Of a DNA stretch of 64,000 nucleotides, positions 9,289 through 18,707 are shown in pieces. The notes under the pieces were generated by a model. That model saw only the letters and a program-made list of their open reading frames with translations. It did not search any database and was not told where the DNA came from. Origin of the DNA: a virus (lineage: Duplodnaviria > Caudoviricetes). The translations under genes were made by a program, and so were the position numbers. Numbering within the stretch: the stretch's first letter is position 1; each line of letters opens with the position of its first letter. The stretch lies in the IMG/VR virus record IMGVR_UViG_3300047160_009226, positions 32,001 to 96,000 of that record; one strand, given 5' to 3'.

Positions 9289-10042
9289 CACATTCTCCAT
9301 CATTACTAATTCGAACCACTTCATCAAAAGTTTTATCATCCCACACATCATATGTAAGTAAAATTTTATCTAAGACTTCATTTGGAATCTGGTAAATCTT
9401 GTTATCTATACTAAGCTTGGTTTTTCTAATACCACAACGCAGAATCTGCACCCGTGGTAATTCACCAAAATTAAACTTGTGCTTATGATTAAAATCATGC
9501 CCATTAATAGAAAGATCAAAATCAGGTGCTTTACTCTCGCTCTTGCGGAGAAGTGTTCGTCTGGAAGATTTTCTAACATGATGAACTGGAAAAGTTACTT
9601 GCAATGATTCCTGACCCAAGTATACTAATACATTAACGTTGTCTCCGACTACAAACTGCACTGTTCCAAAATTATGCCTCAAAGGCCCTGAAATAACTTT
9701 TACTGCATCTCCTCCATCTAATGTAACTTCTGCATCTGCTTTATCCTTAATGTCCCATACCTGATCATTTGTTAACAACTGAGGTTTCCTCGTATGAGGA
9801 TCTTTCAAAATTCGAACAATCTCATCGAGATTCTCTAAAACATAATAGTCAATCCCTTCTTCATAATTAATAAACGTATACTCTCCAAATCCAGTATCAT
9901 TCTTTCCAAATGGATCCTCATACACAGGAATATAAATATACAAAGGTTCTTGGTACAGAACATTAGAGATCGAAGCCTTGATATCTTCGACAGGCAGGTG
10001 ATTCTTCGCCCAGATGGAGAGCTGCGCAATGATCCAATCCAT
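9272..10042 (-). CDS. NusG/RfaH-like transcription elongation factor (NGN + KOW)
   Basis: YIPV...FGEYTFI NGN-like core; GDAVKVISGPLRHNFGTV KOW motif. Confidence 0.7.
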   Translation of the reverse strand: MDWIIAQLSIWAKNHLPVEDIKASISNVLYQEPLYIYIPVYEDPFGKNDTGFGEYTFINYEEGIDYYVLENLDEIVRILKDPHTRKPQLLTNDQVWDIKDKADAEVTLDGGDAVKVISGPLRHNFGTVQFVVGDNVNVLVYLGQESLQVTFPVHHVRKSSRRTLLRKSESKAPDFDLSINGHDFNHKHKFNFGELPRVQILRCGIRKTKLSIDNKIYQIPNEVLDKILLTYDVWDDKTFDEVVRISNDGECDESGK

Positions 10043-10072
10043 TAAACTACATGCCCTCTTTCTCTTAGTTTC

Positions 10073-10450
10073 TCAACGATCATCTTCAGAGGGTATCCGC
10101 ATCACTTTCATTGCATCTTGCCACCCACATTGATATCCCCAATGCAAAAGCCATTCATATTCTTCAGGATATTCATCAAGGCAACCATTTCGACAGCTAT
10201 CAGAACACTCACTAGGAGGGTTTAAAGATGACCAATATGTCCCCCATGGCAAAACAATTGCCGTAATCCCACTTGGCAATGATCGTTTCAACTCCTCTGT
10301 CACTTTATCATACCATAAATTAGTAGAAAAAACTTCTTCAACTGGCTGTATTACAATTACACTATTTGGAGCGGTCATAAACTTTGATAGTATGCACCTC
10401 AGCGTCTCAACAGTCGTCCTCTCGATGTCAGACATGATTTTCTCTCCCAC
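10073..10450 (-). CDS. hypothetical protein
   Basis: ORF fills the gap in the operon. Confidence 0.6.
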   Translation of the reverse strand: MGEKIMSDIERTTVETLRCILSKFMTAPNSVIVIQPVEEVFSTNLWYDKVTEELKRSLPSGITAIVLPWGTYWSSLNPPSECSDSCRNGCLDEYPEEYEWLLHWGYQCGWQDAMKVMRIPSEDDR

Positions 10451-10465
10451 TAGTTGTGATAGTAC

Positions 10466-11698
10466 CTAACCATCGATTTTTTCCGTAACCTTGTCCTCAG
10501 ATACTCCATTGTCTTCCATTCTATTAAGCCCAAAAAGATCAACAAGTCCTTCTTCAGTCAAAATTCTATCCCTTCTAAGACCAGCGGCAAGTATCTGTGC
10601 TTTTGTGATGCCTGCTCGTCTTACTGAAGATTCACTTACAACATCCGTCACACCCAACTTATCTCTCAACAATTTAAACACAACCAAAAGATCGGAGACT
10701 GTTTTCACGTGCAATCTAGCGCCATCCCCTAACGACCACTCTGCAACCGACGAAAGCCTCATTCCATGCTTATCAGAGATTTGTCTTACATTAGAAGAAA
10801 CTTTATAAGACGGCTGACTGACACCAAGAAAAGCCTGCCCCAAAACCCTGCGGACCATTAACCAAATATCCTCAGGAGCCACCTCTTGGCTTAACCCCTC
10901 AGTCATCTGAATTGTAGCTTCCCAAGATTCTCCGACACAAATCAAGAGATTGGTCGCCTTTTCTTCGAAGTCAAGATTCAAGTGCTGCCTAACAGACTCC
11001 AGAGTAATCGACCCATAAAGAGAAATTTGATATGCAAGATTTAGTGTATTTCTAATGTGTCCTCTTGTCTCCTCCACAATCAACTGAAGTGCATCATCCT
11101 CAGAAGAGACGCCTTCATGTATCACAATGGTTTTAAGAAAATCAAATACTATCTTCGTATCTACAGGAGATACATTTATCTTAATACACCTAGATCTAAT
11201 TGTGGAAAGAAGTTTCTCTGGATTTGTTGTCACTAAAAGAATACATGTTTTTCCGATCCCTTCCTCTAAGGATTTGAGCAGTTTGTTTTGTGCCTGACTC
11301 GACAGAGAATGTGCCTCATCAATCACAAGAACGCGACGCGGTGCGTTCATGGGAGCAATGCGAGCTTCTTCCATGAGTTTTTCGATGTCGTCAACGTGAC
11401 CCGCTGATGCTGCGTCCTGCTCGCAGTAATTAGGCGACTCACCCTCTGCCAGATCCATCTGACAGTTCCAGCACTGACCGCATGCTTCTTTCTGAGGTGT
11501 TAAATTCTCACAAGTCAGCAGTCGCCCTATAATTCGTGAAAGAGATGTTTTTCCCCCTCCGAAAGATCCTGAAACTAATAATGCTGCTGGAAAATTAGGT
11601 CGATCCAATGCTCCAGAGATGATTCGTTTCGGAATATCTTGTCCTAGTAGTTCACCCATTGTTGTTGGACGATACTTGAGCGCCCAGATATCCCTCAT
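10466..11698 (-). CDS. dnaX: DNA polymerase III gamma/tau clamp loader subunit
   Basis: WALKYRPTT..LLGQD, Walker A GSFGGGKTS, CxxC zinc motif (CGQCWNC), VIDEAH, LLKSLEE, TIRSRC. Confidence 0.92.
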   Translation of the reverse strand: MRDIWALKYRPTTMGELLGQDIPKRIISGALDRPNFPAALLVSGSFGGGKTSLSRIIGRLLTCENLTPQKEACGQCWNCQMDLAEGESPNYCEQDAASAGHVDDIEKLMEEARIAPMNAPRRVLVIDEAHSLSSQAQNKLLKSLEEGIGKTCILLVTTNPEKLLSTIRSRCIKINVSPVDTKIVFDFLKTIVIHEGVSSEDDALQLIVEETRGHIRNTLNLAYQISLYGSITLESVRQHLNLDFEEKATNLLICVGESWEATIQMTEGLSQEVAPEDIWLMVRRVLGQAFLGVSQPSYKVSSNVRQISDKHGMRLSSVAEWSLGDGARLHVKTVSDLLVVFKLLRDKLGVTDVVSESSVRRAGITKAQILAAGLRRDRILTEEGLVDLFGLNRMEDNGVSEDKVTEKIDG

Positions 11699-11716
11699 AA
11701 AAACTTACCTCACAAC

Positions 11717-12367
11717 TTAAAAGGAAGACAACTCCATAACCCTATCACGAATTCGTCCAAGCCATTCTTCATTACCTGCCAACATAGCAGGGTCTTTTAC
11801 CGGAATGCGAAAATCAAAAAAACCAAGCTCAAGCTCGCGTGCTTGTCGCTTGGCTCGATTGATTCGAATCTCTGCCCTGTCATCAGTTACCGGATCTCTG
11901 TCTCCAACCCACAAAATAATTCTTACATACCGTCGAATTACTCTCAAATGCTCGTGAGAAGGTATCGCCATTAATACAGCGATTGCAGGAATATCCGCTG
12001 ATGCTAAAACCCTTGCATCTTTCGGACCTTCACAAAGCACACAAACTCCAAGTCGATAAACCTGCGGTAATACATAATAAAAGTTATGCCAAAGTGGTTT
12101 GATGTCAGGAGTTATTGCTTTATGGTCTTTCCTCGAATCTGAATACAAATTTCTTAAGACAACTCCCACGCATGACTTATGTTCGTGATCCACAGACCAT
12201 GCAAGTGCTTCATGATTGTTAAGATTGCGTATCCAAAGCCGACAATCGATAGACCTCTTCCCTAGATTCTTAAGTTCCTTGTAATCAAGAAACCTTACAG
12301 AACCCGGTGGAACAGTTTCAGGGGGAATCCCAAAATCCTTAAGAATCCGTCCGGTCGTCTCATCCAC
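11717..12367 (-). CDS. DNA primase catalytic core (TOPRIM), no zinc-binding domain
   Basis: CVLCEGPKDARVL and WVGDRD TOPRIM motifs; GTG start. Confidence 0.7.
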   Translation of the reverse strand: MDETTGRILKDFGIPPETVPPGSVRFLDYKELKNLGKRSIDCRLWIRNLNNHEALAWSVDHEHKSCVGVVLRNLYSDSRKDHKAITPDIKPLWHNFYYVLPQVYRLGVCVLCEGPKDARVLASADIPAIAVLMAIPSHEHLRVIRRYVRIILWVGDRDPVTDDRAEIRINRAKRQARELELGFFDFRIPVKDPAMLAGNEEWLGRIRDRVMELSSF

Positions 12368-12368
12368 A

Positions 12369-12402
12369 GCGAGCGAACCTCCTCTTTAGGAGGTTTACTC
12401 GC
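12369..12402 (-). promoter_or_regulatory. hairpin sequestering the Shine-Dalgarno of the primase gene
   Basis: Minus strand GCGAGT-A-AACCTCCT-AAAG-AGGAGGTT-C-GCTCGC-T-GTG. Confidence 0.7.
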
Positions 12403-12427
12403 CCCTTGACAGAAAAAATCGCCCTTT

Positions 12428-12853
12428 TCAGCCTCCGGGTCGATAAAGTCCAGAAGGCCTAGTATACTCCGCCCCCCTCCGCTCACACGTCAAATGACGA
12501 AGACGTCTGGACACCGATCGAGTGTACACCAGACGAGGATCCAACGGATTAGCAATCAGTGGTTGTTGGATCGGATCATCGTCCGGCAGGAAAAGGGTTC
12601 CGCCAGAATCCTCACTCAATGCCCTAGGGGCTTCTCTCGGCGGATACTCAGAGAATACAGGAGATATCGGAGATGACTCGATCAATTCCAGATCAACTTG
12701 CTCTCTGATTTCAGCGGAAACCTCGACTTCCCCTCCTTGCGGATCGACTACCTCATCTTCAAATACTTCGCCGATTTCATTAGAATCGTTCTCCCAATCT
12801 GCGGGAGGGTTTTCCATCTCTGGAAACTCAGGTTCAACATACTCATCTGACAT
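12428..12853 (-). CDS. hypothetical acidic protein
   Basis: 141 aa, Glu/Pro-rich. Confidence 0.6.
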   Translation of the reverse strand: MSDEYVEPEFPEMENPPADWENDSNEIGEVFEDEVVDPQGGEVEVSAEIREQVDLELIESSPISPVFSEYPPREAPRALSEDSGGTLFLPDDDPIQQPLIANPLDPRLVYTRSVSRRLRHLTCERRGAEYTRPSGLYRPGG

Positions 12854-12869
12854 AATTAAATCTCCATCT

Positions 12870-12912
12870 AAAAAAGATATGGGGAGTTAATGCTGTAAAA
12901 CATTAACTCCCC
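12870..12912 (-). terminator. intrinsic terminator
   Basis: Perfect 12-bp stem GGGGAGTTAATG/CATTAACTCCCC followed by ATATCTTTTTT on the minus strand after the stop at 12921. Confidence 0.75.
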
Positions 12913-12920
12913 CACTGAGA

Positions 12921-13991
12921 TCACTTCGTCGATGCTGGCTTGGGCGTAGCACCTGGAGACAATCCAGAACCAGGCGGTGGTGATGGCGGAGCGCCACCAT
13001 CAGGCGGCTTGTGCTCCTCCTGCGTCGGAATCCATGCCCACGTCGCCACACCTCCCCCACTCATCAAAACGACCGTAACCCAAGAGCCAGGCAAACCATG
13101 CTCGGGCGGCTTGGGCACATGGTCGTCGCTGTTGTCAATCGCAGTTTGAACCCAACCCTTCGTGTACGTACCACCTACGAACACTAGACACAGGAAACCA
13201 GGACTCGCAAAGTCCGGCAGCGAAGAAGTGGTCGGTGGTGTCGGTGGTACAAGATCCGGAGGCGCTGGTTGATAGATCGGCGGAGGGTTCTCAAGGCCCG
13301 GTGGTGCTGGGTAACTAGGATAGCCGCCCGGCGGTGGATTGCCTGTAATCCAATCAGGTGGCATTGGGTGCGGTCGCGGTGGCGGAGTTCCCGGCCAGAA
13401 ACCTGGCGGAATCTGTGCCCAAGGCGGGCTGAAACCTGGATCAACAGGAAATGGCGGTGGAGTCGGATGTGGCCTTGGTGGCGGAGTTCCCGGCCAGAAA
13501 CCTGGCGGAATCTGTGCCCAAGGCGGGCTGAAACCTGGATCAACAGGGGGTGCCGGAAATCCAGGGTAACCACCCGGTGGCGGGTTAAGTCCCGGAGGCG
13601 GTGCCGGAAAACCAGGATAACCACCAGGCGGTGGGTTGAGAATCGGAGGTAGTCCCGGAGGTGCCGGAAAACCAGGATAACCACCAGGCGGTGGGTTAAG
13701 TCCCGGAGGCATTCCAGAAGGCGGAATGATCGGGCCACCACCTACAGTTGGCGGATAGCCAGGCCCTGGAGGGAATACCACTCCCGGCGGTCCCCAGATC
13801 GGAAATGCCGGATGTCCCGGTGGTCCACCAGGCGGTCCAACCGGTGGCCCAACAGGCGGGAAGATGGGACCACCACCGATCCCGGCTCCCGGCACATCAT
13901 AGAATAGTGTCTTTTTCTCCCACACGTCATAGAACGGCATTATGAGTCTCCTTCTGAAAGATCCGAGTGCGAAACTTGCACCCACACTCAC
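12921..13991 (-). CDS. proline/glycine-rich repeat protein
   Basis: NPPPGGYP(G/S)(F/Y)PAPP x4 and PVDPGFSPPWAQIPPGFWPGTPPPRPHP x2. Confidence 0.7.
   Translation of the reverse strand: MSVGASFALGSFRRRLIMPFYDVWEKKTLFYDVPGAGIGGGPIFPPVGPPVGPPGGPPGHPAFPIWGPPGVVFPPGPGYPPTVGGGPIIPPSGMPPGLNPPPGGYPGFPAPPGLPPILNPPPGGYPGFPAPPPGLNPPPGGYPGFPAPPVDPGFSPPWAQIPPGFWPGTPPPRPHPTPPPFPVDPGFSPPWAQIPPGFWPGTPPPRPHPMPPDWITGNPPPGGYPSYPAPPGLENPPPIYQPAPPDLVPPTPPTTSSLPDFASPGFLCLVFVGGTYTKGWVQTAIDNSDDHVPKPPEHGLPGSWVTVVLMSGGGVATWAWIPTQEEHKPPDGGAPPSPPPGSGLSPGATPKPASTK
13378..13547. repeat. 71-bp perfect direct repeat (13378-13448 and 13477-13547)
   Basis: Identical copies at a 99-bp offset; a further 38-bp identical pair at 13600-13637 and 13660-13697. 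Confidence 0.95.
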
Positions 13992-14380
13992 ATAGCCGGT
14001 TGAACTGGTGCCCCCGGTGGTGCCGCCGGTGGTAATCCTGGTGCCCCGCCTGCAGCTCCTTCCGCCTCTCCTCCCGGCAACCCTCCTTCAGCCGGTACAA
14101 CCCCTGTCATTTGACCGGAAGGATGAATCAAATCGCCAGCCAGATTTTGTAATGTGACTTGCAAGTTCAGACCAGTCGTCGGATTCATGGCAGTAATCTT
14201 AATCGATCCGTCTTGATTGATCTCAGTACTTAAATTTGGAGGATAAATATCATACTCTTTCGTCAAGGAATTACGGATCATCTCAGATACTTGTCCAAGA
14301 TCAGGCGGCTGATCATCACCTGTTGTCTCAGCCGCCCATCGTGGAAGCTTCACACGCGTGAATTGCTCAGTAAACTGCAT
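13988..14380 (-). CDS. hypothetical protein with Pro/Ala/Gly-rich tail
   Basis: 130 aa, overlapping stop/start with the downstream gene. Confidence 0.6.
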   Translation of the reverse strand: MQFTEQFTRVKLPRWAAETTGDDQPPDLGQVSEMIRNSLTKEYDIYPPNLSTEINQDGSIKITAMNPTTGLNLQVTLQNLAGDLIHPSGQMTGVVPAEGGLPGGEAEGAAGGAPGLPPAAPPGAPVQPAM

Positions 14381-14392
14381 GCCGACCTCGAA

Positions 14393-15448
14393 TCACAGGA
14401 ACAGACTACGAGGCCCATGCTCTATTGAGTGGTTGATGCCTACGATCTGGGTGCCACCAACCGTAGTCCGTATATCCCTCGTGATTGCGAGAGTCTGCGC
14501 CGGAACCGTCTGCCAGGTCCGATTTGCTCCCTGTCGAGTCGATGCAACCTGAAGTCCGTAATTCGTCATGTGTCCGATTCCCTGACCCAGCGTGATGTCA
14601 AACTGATACCTCTTAAGCTTGTCCGCATCCTCATCGAGGACCGCACCAGCACTCAGACGACCACCAGTCAGTGCTACTGGCCCAAAGGCTGCTGCAGCCC
14701 CTGCTCCAGTAGATGCTCCGTTGTTGGTTGCACTTACAAACTTACTTCCCTTGAGCAAGTTCAACACTTGAGTGGCTGTCGTCGCAACCACACCAGCCGT
14801 ACTGGCGTTGAGCGAAACATACACCAGATACGGAACGTCCACACCTCCCTTGAAATGAGTCAAAGGAAGCGGCGACAATGGAGTCGCAATCGTCGAATCC
14901 GAAACCCAGGCTGTCACCCACTTGCTGATCCCTGGGTTTGCCACAAGGGCTGCAACCAACTGAGCCGCTGTCGTCGTAACCGTAGGAGTCGTATTTTGCC
15001 CAGTACCAGTCGTGGCCAATGTCACCACAATCTGTCCCGGCGGAATCGCCTTGATCACCAATGGCGTTGTCACACCACTCTTGGGATAAGGACTTGGAAG
15101 ATTCACCGTCAGTGATAACTGATTCCCACGGGCACCAGGGAACGTTGCCGCCAACTGATAACCCTGATTCGGAGTAAGCATGAGTATTGCTGGGGTTCCA
15201 TTCTCAAAGATAGCCAGTGGAGCGTTCGGTCCTAGTATCCCAAGCTGAAACGCAATCGCCCCAACCTTTGGACGAATCCACTTGGACTGAATGACCAGAC
15301 CATTGTTATTAGCTATTACTCCTACTGTCACCATATCCGGCGACGATACGTATCCACGCGTCCCCGGATGCTGATTCCTGTAGAGGTGATCCGTGGCAAC
15401 CTCAAAGGAAGCAATGGGATCTGAATCGGTTGCTGGCATGCCGAACAT
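14393..15448 (-). CDS. putative virion structural protein, tail-sheath-like domain
   Basis: Thr/Ala/Val-rich beta protein; GARGNQLSLTV and FKGG/LTGG motifs resemble sheath domains. Confidence 0.35.
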   Translation of the reverse strand: MFGMPATDSDPIASFEVATDHLYRNQHPGTRGYVSSPDMVTVGVIANNNGLVIQSKWIRPKVGAIAFQLGILGPNAPLAIFENGTPAILMLTPNQGYQLAATFPGARGNQLSLTVNLPSPYPKSGVTTPLVIKAIPPGQIVVTLATTGTGQNTTPTVTTTAAQLVAALVANPGISKWVTAWVSDSTIATPLSPLPLTHFKGGVDVPYLVYVSLNASTAGVVATTATQVLNLLKGSKFVSATNNGASTGAGAAAAFGPVALTGGRLSAGAVLDEDADKLKRYQFDITLGQGIGHMTNYGLQVASTRQGANRTWQTVPAQTLAITRDIRTTVGGTQIVGINHSIEHGPRSLFL

Positions 15449-15474
15449 AGGTTTTATCTCCTTGTGGTATTTGT

Positions 15475-16167
15475 CTATTCCTTGCTCTGAATCAAACCAT
15501 TTTTCCTAAGCTTATCAAGAACCAACTCTCGAAGCCATTTCTGACGCTCTTCTGTAGGCATCTGATCATCAGGAATGTCTTCAGAGCAAGCAAAATCTCC
15601 CTGAACATGTTTTTCTGCTTCTTTACGCATGAACCAGACTTCATTCTTCTTCGGTAAAACAGGGAACCAAACTCGTAAACGATCAACAGTAACTTTAGTA
15701 TGATACCCTTTCCCTGCTTTATAAACACCTTTAGGTAATTGATTAGACCCATACTTTCTTTTATTCATTCTATTTTGAGAAACAGTAGCATCTCTCAGAT
15801 TTTCTTTTCTGTTATCTCGTGTATCATGGTTCTTGTGATCTCCTTCACCATTCCAATGCCCATACCCATGCCCACCACCATAAGAGAGACCTAATATTTC
15901 CCTCGACATATAAACAGTAATCCATTCTCCATTTATCTTCTCACATCTAATAGCACAATAAGATCCAGAGCTATGACCATCACTTCTCAACCAACGAAAC
16001 TCTTCTCCATTTGTATCATGGTTAAGTTCCTGAAAGTCATCCTCATCTACCAAGACATTTCCACAAATGCCCCACTTTCTTGTATGTGGCCATCGATTAG
16101 ATCCACTAATTTTACGCCATAACTGAATCGTACAATATCCACGTAAAACTAACAATGAGTCATGCAT
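15475..16167 (-). mobile_element. free-standing HNH homing endonuclease with AP2-like C-terminal domain
   Basis: DHKNHDTRDNRKENLRDATVSQNRMN followed by KGVYK..YHTKVTV; AT-richer than its flanks. Confidence 0.85.
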
Positions 16168-16275
16168 AATTTATCTTCTACCTATAATAATTGCCTCAAA
16201 AATTCAACAACTCCTAATCCCAAAAACCATTCTTTCAAGCCATTGGATCTTGTGGCGATGAAGGCATTCCGAACA

Positions 16276-16812
16276 TCAGATTTCTCCTTGTGTTGTATCC
16301 TCAGAAGGAGCCTCACTCGCTGGAGACTCCAAATCTAGCTCAGGTAATCCAATTTCAATGGGAAAAACTTGAGCCGGAACTCTACTAAGTAAATTCATCA
16401 AATCTGAAATAGCCAACTCATAAGTTTTTTTGTCGATCTTCTCCGCAGAGATATTAGCAGGAGATAAACGCTGTTCAGAAATCTGTCGAAAGAAACTAAG
16501 AACTTGCATCCGATCTGTATGTGCAAACGTTCTAACCATTTGAGGTAATAGAGACTTGATATGCTCTCCAAGAAACACCCTCATCGGCTCTTGACAGACA
16601 AACGCCACCTGTGCTGCATGCCCTTTACACAAGAACTCATGAATTTTAACGGCTAATTCTTTAGCTTCTGGAATAAACTTTCTAACTTCGTCTTTCATTT
16701 CCTGAGGAAGGTTAAACTTAGGCTTATTACTCTCTGGAACTGTCCTCACATTGTCCATTTGCTGAATACGCTCGGCTCCGCCAGGAATAACTATCCTCCG
16801 ATCATTGCTCAT
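16276..16812 (-). CDS. hypothetical protein
   Basis: Likely start MSNDRR (track 16845). Confidence 0.6.
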   Translation of the reverse strand: MSNDRRIVIPGGAERIQQMDNVRTVPESNKPKFNLPQEMKDEVRKFIPEAKELAVKIHEFLCKGHAAQVAFVCQEPMRVFLGEHIKSLLPQMVRTFAHTDRMQVLSFFRQISEQRLSPANISAEKIDKKTYELAISDLMNLLSRVPAQVFPIEIGLPELDLESPASEAPSEDTTQGEI

Positions 16813-17485
16813 CGACCATGTCCTCAAATTCTTGAAATTGCTCATTTAAAGAAAGACTCTGTCCATCGTCTGCTGTTCTGGCAATATAAGAGTAATTAGC
16901 ATTTCTCTTAAAAACATCATCGTGAGATACAATCAATATTGAAAACCCTAATCCGCCTTTCTCTACAGGATCACAAATCCGACGAACAAGGGCTGCCGCT
17001 CGTTCTTTGTACTTGTCACTTACCTGAATCAACGGCTCGTCCAGTATGATCACTCGTGCCAGATCCGGCTGTCTGATAATCGAAAGGACTCTTAGGAGTA
17101 TACCGATAAGTGATGCCGGTCCACCTCCAAATGCCTTCATCGGATCGCCCTTGACACCACGTTTGTGATCGTGCAAGAGCGGTTTAATTGCTGGTTTGCC
17201 ATGAGAAACGTAATGATCTACTTCCAAAGACAATTCTTCATCAATAAAAGTATCTCTCAGTCCTAAGGATACAATTTTCTCTGTGATCTCTTCGCTTTCT
17301 ACACTTAACTTCTCTGCCATCATCCTGAGAACATTCTGAACATTCTGACGATCTTCCATGTCCTGCCGGGCTTCCTGAAGTTGCTGAAAAGTCTTCTCCT
17401 TAAGTTTCTTGGTGACACTCAATCGCATGTTAAACTGTTTTACATTTTCACGAAGAGCTAAACTTTCTGACATTGAAAACTCCAC
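16802..17485 (-). CDS. SbcC/Rad50-like ABC ATPase, C-terminal half only
   Basis: N-terminal coiled coil, signature-like FGGG, Walker B IILDEP, H-loop IVSHD; no Walker A. Confidence 0.8.
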   Translation of the reverse strand: MEFSMSESLALRENVKQFNMRLSVTKKLKEKTFQQLQEARQDMEDRQNVQNVLRMMAEKLSVESEEITEKIVSLGLRDTFIDEELSLEVDHYVSHGKPAIKPLLHDHKRGVKGDPMKAFGGGPASLIGILLRVLSIIRQPDLARVIILDEPLIQVSDKYKERAAALVRRICDPVEKGGLGFSILIVSHDDVFKRNANYSYIARTADDGQSLSLNEQFQEFEDMVDEQ

Positions 17486-17489
17486 CTAC

Positions 17490-18023
17490 TTAAGACTTGA
17501 TCCAACAGCCTAAACCGTTGTACTCAAAGATCTCACTCTTGTCGCCTTCGAGTTCGTGGAAAAACCTACCGACCTCTGAAAAAGATATCGTATCGTGAAA
17601 AATAACCCGTCCACCAGAACGAACAATATGATTCCAAGCCGCAAAATCCGCAGCGACTGCTTCATACGTATGAATGGCATCAATGTGCAAAAGATCTACT
17701 GGCTCACAAAATGATTTCCCGACTTCTGCTACCTGGCCTTTAATTATTTTCACATTTGGAAACAAATGGACATGCTGATTAACCCAGGCTTCTGAATCAC
17801 TGTGCAGCATGAAGTTATCAACCCCAATCACTTCAGCATCTGGATAGTGCATTGCAAAGTGAAATGTCGAAAATCCATAATCAACTCCAAGATCAACAAT
17901 TCTCTTCACCTGGCCAATATTTCCAATGAGATCACGATACCTAGACTCTAAGCCAACCCACACACTTGGTTTGTCAAAGACCTGCTGTAACATGGTAAGT
18001 ACCGATAATCTTTCACACACCAA
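17490..18023 (-). CDS. class I SAM-dependent methyltransferase (Methyltransf_24-like)
   Basis: IVDLGVDYGFST, DLLHIDAIHTYE, GGRVIFHD. Confidence 0.85.
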   Translation of the reverse strand: MVCERLSVLTMLQQVFDKPSVWVGLESRYRDLIGNIGQVKRIVDLGVDYGFSTFHFAMHYPDAEVIGVDNFMLHSDSEAWVNQHVHLFPNVKIIKGQVAEVGKSFCEPVDLLHIDAIHTYEAVAADFAAWNHIVRSGGRVIFHDTISFSEVGRFFHELEGDKSEIFEYNGLGCWIKS

Positions 18024-18038
18024 CTATCATTTTATGTA

Positions 18039-18644
18039 TCATTCGATATTAAATGCCTGAATCTTAGGATTCCTACCTATCCAGAATTCTGCTCCATGTC
18101 GCCCCCACCAGTAACCAACTCGTAAAGTCATAGGGGATGGTAACGTCCGAAGATAACTAGAATTCGCCCACCAAAAATTGCCTGAGTAATGTGGATTATT
18201 CGCCGATGGTCCATTGAGTCTCCATCGAGTTCCACATGTGTCATAGGTCTTAAGTGCATCTAAACATTTCTCATATTGATCAAAAACAACCGACTCCATT
18301 TCCATACGCCACTTGATATTCTCATCGCTGGGAGCAGAGACACCTTTTGTGTGGGCATACCAACAAGCAGCATCTTCGGATTGAATTTCCTCATACAACC
18401 ACTGAAGCGTCGGAAATTCAAACTCCTCCAGCGGACCTAACTGACGAACAAAAGCATTCTTCCCCAGTAAATCAACAAGAACAGAGATATCTTCGTTAGG
18501 ATCACCGACAACACCAACCAGAAGCCTTGATATTCTGGCGAACAATCCCGATTCATTAAGTCTTCGACACTGCTCTTGCACAAGCCCCTGCCAACCAAAA
18601 AATGTTGCCACATGATAAGCGCCGATGATCTTTCGCACACCCAC
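18039..18644 (-). CDS. putative glycosyltransferase-like protein
   Basis: WYAHTKGVS and HYSGNFWWA motifs, typical of a family seen in large viruses. Confidence 0.5.
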   Translation of the reverse strand: MGVRKIIGAYHVATFFGWQGLVQEQCRRLNESGLFARISRLLVGVVGDPNEDISVLVDLLGKNAFVRQLGPLEEFEFPTLQWLYEEIQSEDAACWYAHTKGVSAPSDENIKWRMEMESVVFDQYEKCLDALKTYDTCGTRWRLNGPSANNPHYSGNFWWANSSYLRTLPSPMTLRVGYWWGRHGAEFWIGRNPKIQAFNIE

Positions 18645-18707
18645 CGAGCCTTATAATCGGAGATAAAATCACTTCCAACCACTATACCTCCCATACTGAT
18701 TCTTACG

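Noticed and set aside
12295-12486. ORF as the missing primase zinc-binding domain
   Set aside because: Only one Cys, overlaps both neighbours in other frames, and spans the RBS hairpin
15475-16167. HNH (and the GIY-YIG at 39956-40756) as group I intron-encoded ORFs
   Set aside because: Flanking genes appear complete and different, and there is little room for an intron core; treated as free-standing
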